A stretch of DNA of 64,000 bases, from assembly GCA_965223705.1 (NCBI GenBank), contig OZ245015.1, positions 3,424,001 to 3,488,000 on the forward strand, read 5' to 3'. The stretch comes from Myxococcota bacterium. GTDB lineage: Bacteria > Myxococcota_A > UBA9160 > UBA6930. Below the pieces are notes generated by a model that was not told the origin of the DNA, did not search any database, and saw only the letters and a list, made by a program, of their open reading frames with translations. Below, piece by piece: positions 57,406 to 64,000 of this stretch; the first letter of the stretch is position 1, and each line of letters begins with the position of its first letter. The position numbers and the translations under genes were made by a program.

Positions 57406-58032
57406 GTGACCCGGGAGCCCGATAGCAACGAAGCTTGGCTCGACGCCTTGCGAAGCGACGGACACGAGCAGTCCGTCGCACTCGAGGCTCTTCGACGTCG
57501 ATTGCTCCGTGTCTTGCCCGCCGGGCTCGGGAATCACGGGCAACTCCCCCCGCCTATCTTGGAAGACATCGTGCAAGAATCACTGCTTCGCATTGTCGAT
57601 CGGCTCGAAACGTTTCAGGGGCGCAGTCGCTTTACAACCTGGGCAACCAGCATCGCGATCCGCGTCGGACTCACTGAATTACGCATGCGCCAATGGCGCG
57701 ACGTGTCCCTGGACCAGATGACCGCGGGGACCACCCTGCCGAAGGCGCTCTCCCGGGGTCCGCAAAGCCCCGACGCAGAAGCTGAGCAGCGGCGGATCCT
57801 CGCATCGCTGGGACAAGCGATCGAGAGCGCCCTCACCGAGCGACAGCGCACCGCTCTCGTGGCCGAGATCCGCGGCATGCCCCAAGAGGAGATCGGCCGT
57901 CGCCTCGGGATGAAGCGCAACGCGGTCTATAAGCTTGCCCACGATGCTCGCAAGAAGCTCCGGCGCACACTCGAGGCGGAAGGGATCTCGCCAGATGTCC
58001 TGCGGCATGCTTTTGACGGGGGGAGCGACTAG
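57406..58032 (+). CDS. ECF sigma-70 factor
   Basis: 'EDIVQE', 'FQGRSRFTTWA', 'LTERQR', 'RNAVYKLAHDARKKLR'. Start uncertain. Confidence 0.9.
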   Translation: MTREPDSNEAWLDALRSDGHEQSVALEALRRRLLRVLPAGLGNHGQLPPPILEDIVQESLLRIVDRLETFQGRSRFTTWATSIAIRVGLTELRMRQWRDVSLDQMTAGTTLPKALSRGPQSPDAEAEQRRILASLGQAIESALTERQRTALVAEIRGMPQEEIGRRLGMKRNAVYKLAHDARKKLRRTLEAEGISPDVLRHAFDGGSD

Positions 58033-58263
58033 ATGGCTTTATCCGATCGGGAGATCCGGACGCTGGTTTCCGCTGTCGCGAAAACGCGCGACCAGGAGAT
58101 CGACTGCGACGCCTGCCTGCGCGACATGTCGGAATTCGCCGAAGCGAACCTCGTCGGCAGCAGCTTGACGGAAGCGCTCCGATTGGTGCGCGATCACATC
58201 GAGACCTGCCCCGAATGCGAGGAAGAATACCGGGCGCTGCTCGTGGCCATGCGGGGGTGCTGA
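58033..58263 (+). CDS. Soluble zinc-binding anti-sigma (ZAS / zf-HC2-like)
   Basis: 'IDCDAC' and HxxxCxxC 'HIETCPEC'. Starts immediately after the sigma stop. Confidence 0.85.
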   Translation: MALSDREIRTLVSAVAKTRDQEIDCDACLRDMSEFAEANLVGSSLTEALRLVRDHIETCPECEEEYRALLVAMRGC

Positions 58264-58356
58264 CGCTCCCACCCGGCCCTCCGCGGCTCCGCTCACCAAC
58301 TGGCGCGGGCCACCGCAACGGATCTGAGCTACGCACCCCCCGAGGAGGTGCGTGCG

Positions 58357-59577
58357 ATGACCCCTGCGCTGGAAGGTCTGCGCATCATCGAAGGCTCCGC
58401 CTTCGTGGCGGCTCCCCTGGGCGGTATGACCCTCGCCCAGTTGGGCGCCGACGTGATCCGCTTCGACGCCATCGGCGGTGGCCTCGACTATCACCGCTGG
58501 CCGGTGACGCGTGAAGACGTGAGCCTCTTCTGGGCCGGGTTGAACAAGGGCAAACGATCGATCCAGGTCGATTTGCGCAGCCCGGAAGGGAGGGAGCTCG
58601 TCGTCGGAATCATCACGGCACCGGGTCCCGAGGCGGGAATCTTCTTCTCGAACTTCCCCGAGAGCGGGTGGCTCTCCGACGACATCCTAAGAGGCCGCCG
58701 CGAAGATCTCATCTACGTGAACATCATCGGCAACCCAGACGGCTCGACCGCGGTCGACTACACCGTGAATCCTTCGTCGGGCTTTGCGATGGCGACGGGA
58801 CCGAGCGGCTCGCGTATGCCGACCAACCACGTGCTCCCCGCCTGGGACACCGCGACGGGCCTCACCGCGGCGATCGGCCTGCTCGCCGCCGAGCGACACC
58901 GCGCGCGAACCGGTGACGGGCAGCTCGTGCGCCTCTCCCTCAGCGATGTCGCTTTCGCGATGGTTGCGAACCTCGGCTACTTGGCGCAGGCGCAGCTCAC
59001 CCGCGAAGACCGTGTTCCCGTCGGCAACGATCTGTACGGCGCCTTCGGACGCGACTTCCCCACCGAAGACGGGCGGCGGGTCATGGTGGTCGCCATCAGC
59101 TACCGGCAGTGGACGAGTCTCGCGAAAGCGACGCAGATCGACGACCACCTTCCGGCCATCGAAAAGGCGCTGGGTGTCGACCTTCGCAAGGAGGGCGATC
59201 GCTTCCGAGCGCGCGACGCCATTGCCGCCTTCATCGCGCCTTTCATCGCACGTCACACGCTCGAAGAGCTGCGGGCGATCTTCGACGAACACGCCGTCTG
59301 TTGGGGGCCCTACCAGACCTTCCGAGAGCTCGTGGAGCACGATCCGCGCTGCTCCACGGCGAATCCGATGTTCGCGATGGTGGATCAACCCGGCGTCGGC
59401 CGAATTCTCGTGCCTCGCACGCCTCTGGCGTTCGAAGGGATGGAGCGACGGCCGCCGAAACCCGCACCGAAGCTCGGCGAGCACACGGACGAGATCCTCG
59501 AGGAGGTGCTGGGTCTTACGACACGCGAGATCGGCGCGCTCCACGACACCGGCGTTGTCGCGGGTGGTGCGCCCTAA
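58357..59577 (+). CDS. mct: Class III CoA-transferase, mesaconyl-CoA C1-C4 transferase (2-methylfumaryl-CoA isomerase)-like
   Basis: 'EGSAFVAAPLGGMTLAQLGADVIRFD.IGGGLDY.RWP', 'SLFWAGLNKGKRS', 'AVDYTVN', 'NHVLPAWD', 'LYGAFGRDF'. Confidence 0.8.
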   Translation: MTPALEGLRIIEGSAFVAAPLGGMTLAQLGADVIRFDAIGGGLDYHRWPVTREDVSLFWAGLNKGKRSIQVDLRSPEGRELVVGIITAPGPEAGIFFSNFPESGWLSDDILRGRREDLIYVNIIGNPDGSTAVDYTVNPSSGFAMATGPSGSRMPTNHVLPAWDTATGLTAAIGLLAAERHRARTGDGQLVRLSLSDVAFAMVANLGYLAQAQLTREDRVPVGNDLYGAFGRDFPTEDGRRVMVVAISYRQWTSLAKATQIDDHLPAIEKALGVDLRKEGDRFRARDAIAAFIAPFIARHTLEELRAIFDEHAVCWGPYQTFRELVEHDPRCSTANPMFAMVDQPGVGRILVPRTPLAFEGMERRPPKPAPKLGEHTDEILEEVLGLTTREIGALHDTGVVAGGAP

Positions 59578-60818
59578 GGCCCGGGTTCCTGCGATCCGGC
59601 GGTCGGCCGCGCCACGACGCGCCAGATCAGCTCGTTGGTGTCGTCGGCGACGTACAACGCGCCTTTCGGCCCGAGTGCGAGTCCGGTCATCCTGAACTGG
59701 GTCTCGCTAGCGGCGCCGATGGCGAAGGTCTCGAAGCGCGACGGCGCGCCCGAGGAATCGAAGCTGACAAACACGATCCGGTAACCTTCCTGGGGTCGCG
59801 GTGCCCGGTTCCAAGAGCCTCGAAACGCGACGAAGAGCCCCCCGCGGTAGCGCGAAGGGAAGGCTTCGGCGGAATAAAAGGTCATTGCCATCGGCGCCCA
59901 GTGCGCGGGGAACGCCAGCGCAGGCGCTTCGGCGTCGCCGCACCGACCGACCTTCTCGCCGTCACCGCCGTATTCCGGGGCCAGCACCTTGCGGCCCTCG
60001 ATGCCGTCGAAATAGCAGTAGGGCCACCCGAAATCGCCACCGCGCGTGAGACGCACGAGCTCCTCTGCCGGTAGCTCCGCGTTGGCTTGCGCGGAAAAGC
60101 CCCAAAGTGACGCGAGCTGATCCCGTCCGTTGACTGCGCCCCAAAGCGACCCGTCAGCAGGTCGCACCGCCATGGCGAGGGTATGCCGCAGGCCGAGCGC
60201 GAAGCGTCCCGACGCGTTGTGTCGCTGTCCCGGCCGGTCCGCGGCGTACTTCCAGATACCGGCCTGCAAATCGCGCTGCGGACAGGGATCGAGTCCGGGC
60301 GAACCCGGTGTTCGCGAGCTCTTCTGGCAGGCGTTCGAAGGAGCGCCCACCGAGACGTAGAGCGCTCCGTCGGGACCGAGGACGATGGCCTTCTCGCGGT
60401 GGCTGCGCTGCTCGGGGAATCCGCTGACCACGACCTCACTCTTCGATCGCGGTGTCAGCTGCCCGGTTTTCCACGGCCACCGCAGCACCGCATCGTGCGC
60501 AGCGTAATAGAGGTGGTGCGTCGAGAGCGCGATCCCGTGGCCACTGCCGCGGCCGAAACGATGCCGCTCATCCGCTCGGCCGTCCCCCGTGGTGTCGCGC
60601 AGGGCCATGACACCACCCGAATGCCGACCGCGTGCTCGCAGCGCGGCAAACACGTCGCCGTTTTCTGCCACGGCGAGATTGCGGACGGGCCCCGTATCCG
60701 TCGCAAAGACCTTCGCGCAAAAACCGTCTGGGAGCTTGAGGCCTCCATCATCGGTATCGCACGGGCTGGCGTGGGCCACCTCTACCTGAGCGAACGCAGC
60801 GAGAAGGCACAAGCGCAC
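59574..60818 (-). CDS. PQQ-dependent sugar/sorbosone dehydrogenase-family beta-propeller (exported)
   Basis: 'LKLPDGFC', 'LYVSVGAPSNAC', 'GLRH', 'FGWPYCY', 'AHWAP', 'GSWNR'. Start uncertain (GTG 60818 gives a signal peptide). Confidence 0.85.
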   Translation of the reverse strand: MRLCLLAAFAQVEVAHASPCDTDDGGLKLPDGFCAKVFATDTGPVRNLAVAENGDVFAALRARGRHSGGVMALRDTTGDGRADERHRFGRGSGHGIALSTHHLYYAAHDAVLRWPWKTGQLTPRSKSEVVVSGFPEQRSHREKAIVLGPDGALYVSVGAPSNACQKSSRTPGSPGLDPCPQRDLQAGIWKYAADRPGQRHNASGRFALGLRHTLAMAVRPADGSLWGAVNGRDQLASLWGFSAQANAELPAEELVRLTRGGDFGWPYCYFDGIEGRKVLAPEYGGDGEKVGRCGDAEAPALAFPAHWAPMAMTFYSAEAFPSRYRGGLFVAFRGSWNRAPRPQEGYRIVFVSFDSSGAPSRFETFAIGAASETQFRMTGLALGPKGALYVADDTNELIWRVVARPTAGSQEPGP

Positions 60819-60854
60819 AGCAGAGGCTAGTTTCGATAGGAGAGGAGATCGACG

Positions 60855-61832
60855 ATGCGTCTCGGTTACCAAATTCCGAACTTCACTTACCCGGGCATTC
60901 CGCAGGATCGGATTTTCGAGACTGTGGTGGCACAGGCTCGCGCGGCGGAGCGCGCCGGTTTCGACCGCGTCTTCGTCATGGACCACTTCTACCAACTCCC
61001 CCGGCTAGGCGAGCCCGACGAGGCCATGTTCGAGTGTTATGCGCTCCTCGCGGCTCTGGCCCAACATACCTCGACGGTGCGCCTTTCTGCACTCGTCACG
61101 GGCAACACCTATCGCAACCCGGCGCTTCTGGCGAAAACGATCACGACCCTCGACCACGTATCGGGTGGCCGCGCCACACTCGGGATCGGTGCGGGATGGT
61201 TCGAGCAGGAACACGAAGCGCTGGGGTTTCGGTTCGGCACCTTTGCAGAGCGGTTTGAGAAGCTCGAGGAAGCGCTGCAGATCATCGTGCCGATGCTTCG
61301 CGGAGAACGCCCGAGCCTCGCCGGCAAACACTACGAAGTGACAGAAGCGATCAACCAGCCGGCTCCCGTTTCGCGCATCCCGGTCATGATCGGTGGCGGC
61401 GGAGAGAAGAAGACGCTCCGGATGGTCGCCCAGTACGCCGACGAGTCCAATCTCATCTGCGACAACGGCGACGTGCCGCGGAAACTCGACGTGCTCGCCG
61501 AGCACTGCGAACGACTGGGGCGGGACCGTTCCGAAATCGCCGTCACGAAGCTCGTGCTCGTCGTCGTGGCGCCCACAATGGAGGACGCACAAGCCGATAT
61601 CGCCGAGACGGCTGCCGCCAAGGGCTGGTCTCCCAAGCAATTTGAGGAGCGTCTGCGGCTGCGTGACGATGTTGTGATCGGTGACCCAGATACCGTGGGA
61701 GAAGTGATGCAGCGGCTCGCGGGCTTCGGGCTCGATGGGGTGACCGCGGATCTACCCGCCAACGCGCACCGACCGGAGCGCATCGCGCTCCTCGGCGAAG
61801 TCGCTTCCAAGGCGTTTCCCGCCCGCAGCTAG
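60855..61832 (+). CDS. LLM-class, probably F420-dependent oxidoreductase (Rv1855c-like)
   Basis: 'VMDHFYQ', 'LVTGNTYRNPALLAK', 'GIGAGWFEQEH', 'IGGGGEKKTL'. Confidence 0.9.
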   Translation: MRLGYQIPNFTYPGIPQDRIFETVVAQARAAERAGFDRVFVMDHFYQLPRLGEPDEAMFECYALLAALAQHTSTVRLSALVTGNTYRNPALLAKTITTLDHVSGGRATLGIGAGWFEQEHEALGFRFGTFAERFEKLEEALQIIVPMLRGERPSLAGKHYEVTEAINQPAPVSRIPVMIGGGGEKKTLRMVAQYADESNLICDNGDVPRKLDVLAEHCERLGRDRSEIAVTKLVLVVVAPTMEDAQADIAETAAAKGWSPKQFEERLRLRDDVVIGDPDTVGEVMQRLAGFGLDGVTADLPANAHRPERIALLGEVASKAFPARS

Positions 61833-61868
61833 GATGGAAACGGTATATTCGCGATAGGAGTTCACGCG

Positions 61869-62519
61869 ATGTCCCTCAAAGAAAAACTCGATCAGATCCG
61901 GGCGGGAGCCGCCAAAATGATTCCCGCAGACAAGCTCGCGATCATGCACGAAGTAACCGCCGAGCAGCAGGCCAGCGGGCTTGCGGATCGCGCAATCGCC
62001 GTCGGTGCGACGCTTCCACCCTTCGAACTCGCGAACCAGCATGGTGACACGGTCCGAAGTGCCGAGCTTCTCGCAACCGGCCCGCTGGTCCTGACCATCT
62101 ACCGGGGTGTTTGGTGACCCTACTGCAATGCGGAGCTGGAAGCTCTGCAGGCGGTGCTTGACCGGATCCGACAACTCGGTGCGAACTTGGTCGCCATTTC
62201 TCCTTCGACCCGAGAGAACGCTGCGGCCATCGCCGACAAGACGAACGTCGGTTTCGACATTCTCTGCGACCCCGGCAACCGGTACGCCGAGCAACTCGGG
62301 CTCGCCTTTGCACTTCCGGATCGGTTGCGCGAGGTGTACGACGGCTTCGGCATTAATCTTCCGAAGTTCAACGGCGATTCGAGTTGGACGCTGCCCGTGC
62401 CCGCTCGCTTTGTCGTCGACCGTGACGGGGTCGTCCGTTACTCGGAAGCCGATGCCGACTACACGGTACGCCCTGAGCCGGAAGAAACCGTCGCGGCATT
62501 GCAGGCCGTCGTCGGTTAG
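61869..62519 (+). CDS. AhpC/TSA peroxiredoxin-like protein, probable selenoprotein (UxxC; TGA 62115-62117)
   Basis: Two in-frame ORFs join as 'TIYRGVW-U-PYCNAEL', where the family motif is 'FYRGxWCPYC'. 'WTLPVPARFVVD' and 'DYTVRPEP' follow. SECIS-like hairpin downstream. Confidence 0.92.
62129..62149 (+). promoter_or_regulatory. Putative bacterial SECIS element (peroxiredoxin-like)
   Basis: TGCGGAGCT-GGA-AGCTCTGCA hairpin (one G-U pair) starting after an 11-nt spacer from UGA, with a G-first apical loop. Confidence 0.75.
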
Positions 62520-62545
62520 CTACTGGAACGCCACAGGAGGACAAC

Positions 62546-62857
62546 ATGCATTTTCTGGTTCGCGCCAAGATCAAGAAGCCCCGCGACGTCTCGAACAAAG
62601 AGTTCTACGGGGTTTGGCAGCGTGAGAGCGTCGCCGGACGCCAGCTCGCCGAGCAAGGGTTGCCGATCTACAAGGTGGCGGGAAAGTACGAAGTCGTCTT
62701 CATCATCGAGGTTGGTTCCGAATCAGAACTCGACGAAGCCTTCCACTCCCTGCCGATCTGGCAGGAGGGCTTCCAGGATATGGTCGAGCTCGAGGTCGAA
62801 GCACTTCGACCGTACGCCGAGTGGGGCAAGCAACTCGACAAGCTCGCGGCGGGCTAG
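62546..62857 (+). CDS. Muconolactone delta-isomerase family protein
   Basis: 'MHFLV', 'YKVAGKY', 'ELDEAFHSLP', 'EVEAL'. About 100 aa, strong SD. Confidence 0.65.
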   Translation: MHFLVRAKIKKPRDVSNKEFYGVWQRESVAGRQLAEQGLPIYKVAGKYEVVFIIEVGSESELDEAFHSLPIWQEGFQDMVELEVEALRPYAEWGKQLDKLAAG

Positions 62858-62871
62858 CCCGAGAAAGCGGG

Positions 62872-64000
62872 TCAGACGATCCGCGAATTCTGGACGCCCC
62901 AGTAGCGGTCGCGAAGCAGGCGCTTGTAAAGCTTCCCGGTCGGAAGACGCGGCAGCTCCGCTTCGAAGTCGATCGAGCGGGGGCATTTGTACGAAGCCAG
63001 GTGTCCGCGGGCAAAGGCGATCAGTGCCTCCTCGAGTTCGGGTGAACCCGTCACCCCGTCGACCGGCTGAACGACCGCCTTCACTTCCTCTCCGAACTCC
63101 TCGTTCGGTACACCGAACACCGCGACGTCGACGACCTGGGGATGCGTGATCAGGATGTTCTCGATCTCGGCCGGGTAGATATTCACTCCGCCCGAAATGA
63201 TCATGTAGGTCTTCCGGTCGGTCAGGTAGAGATAGCCGTCTTCGTCGAGGTAGCCGACGTCCCCGAGCGCGGACCAATTCGGATGTTCGGGGTGTTGGGC
63301 CTCCCGCGTCTTTTCCGGCGCGTTGTGGTACTCGAACGGCATCTGCGGCAGTTCGAAATACACGACGCCGGTCTCCCGCGGCGGGAGCTCCTTGCCTTCG
63401 TCATCGCAAATATGGAGCGTGCCGAAAACAGCCCGGCCAACGGATCCTTTGTGCTCGAGCCATTCCTCGGAGTTGAGGAAGGTCAGCCCATTGAACTCCG
63501 TCCCTCCGTAATACTCGGTGAGGATCGGGCCCCACCAATCGATCATGTCCTGCTTCACGCGCTCGGGACAAGGCGCCGCCGCATGGACGGCGTTGCGAAG
63601 GCTGCTGGTGTCGAAGCGCGCCCGCTCGGCCTCCGGGAGTTTCAGCATGCGAGAGAACATCGTCGGCACGAACTGGGCGTGTGTGCAGCGATGGCGCTCG
63701 ATGGCGTCGAGGGAACGTGCCGCGTCGAACGACTCCATGACAACGACCGTGCCCCCGACGCTCTGGACAAACGTGGTAAAGGCCAATGGCGCCGAGTGAT
63801 AGAGAGGAGCCGGAGAGAGGTAAACCGTGCTTTCGTCGAACGCGAAAAGCCCTCGAAAAAAATCTCGCGCCGGATCGGGGTCGTCGACACTCGCACCGGT
63901 GAGCGGGCGCAAGATGCCCTTGGGCCGTCCAGTCGTGCCCGAGCTGTAGAGCATCGTCGCGCCTCGAGGTCGCTCGGGCAGTGGCTCGGTCGGTAGGCCC
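62872..64000 (-). CDS. Acyl-CoA synthetase (AMP-forming), 5' truncated by window edge
   Basis: 'YSSGTTGRPKG', 'PLYH', 'YYGGTE', 'GDVGYLD', 'ISGGVNIYP.EIE', 'TGKL'. Confidence 0.95.
   Translation of the reverse strand, partial: GLPTEPLPERPRGATMLYSSGTTGRPKGILRPLTGASVDDPDPARDFFRGLFAFDESTVYLSPAPLYHSAPLAFTTFVQSVGGTVVVMESFDAARSLDAIERHRCTHAQFVPTMFSRMLKLPEAERARFDTSSLRNAVHAAAPCPERVKQDMIDWWGPILTEYYGGTEFNGLTFLNSEEWLEHKGSVGRAVFGTLHICDDEGKELPPRETGVVYFELPQMPFEYHNAPEKTREAQHPEHPNWSALGDVGYLDEDGYLYLTDRKTYMIISGGVNIYPAEIENILITHPQVVDVAVFGVPNEEFGEEVKAVVQPVDGVTGSPELEEALIAFARGHLASYKCPRSIDFEAELPRLPTGKLYKRLLRDRYWGVQNSRIV

Noticed and set aside
1..64000. CRISPR arrays, tRNA (including tRNA-Sec), rRNA, IS or prophage genes, defence systems
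   Set aside because: No spaced repeats, RNA gene signatures, or transposase/integrase/nuclease motifs were recognised by eye. A covariance-model scan was not possible.

Overview
High-GC bacterial window (G+C not computed), densely coding, with about 65 genes. It is dominated by accessory catabolic and redox enzymes: 4 luciferase-like (LLM) oxidoreductases, 2 Baeyer-Villiger monooxygenases, a P450, an OYE/FadH-type flavoprotein, SDRs, an acyl-CoA dehydrogenase and ligase, several amidohydrolases, a hydantoinase/oxoprolinase A+B pair and 5 NTF2/SnoaL proteins. It also carries a benzoyl-CoA epoxidation cluster (boxR-boxC-boxB, with no boxA in the window). The mix of outer-membrane DUF1302/DUF1329 genes, F420-type LLMs and selenoproteins suggests a diderm environmental lineage such as Binatia or Myxococcota (inference only). 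Signals the ORF track misses: (1) two probable selenoproteins read through in-frame TGA, an OsmC-like protein (R-U-P-I-Y) and an AhpC/TSA peroxiredoxin-like protein (W-U-P-Y-C), whose SECIS-like hairpins have identical spacing; (2) a TetR-flanked, tightly packed operon DUF1329-DUF1302-SCO-PCuAC-Cys-rich lipoprotein, converging on a tandem di-heme cytochrome c, which is the best candidate for an undescribed copper-linked envelope system; (3) two genes that probably start at ATC; (4) a 1-nt frameshift in hydantoinase A; (5) an AtzG-like/amidase pair flanked by truncated SDR and GST stubs. No rRNA, tRNA, CRISPR array, transposase or integrase was recognised. Functional calls come from motif recognition only; no database search was run.
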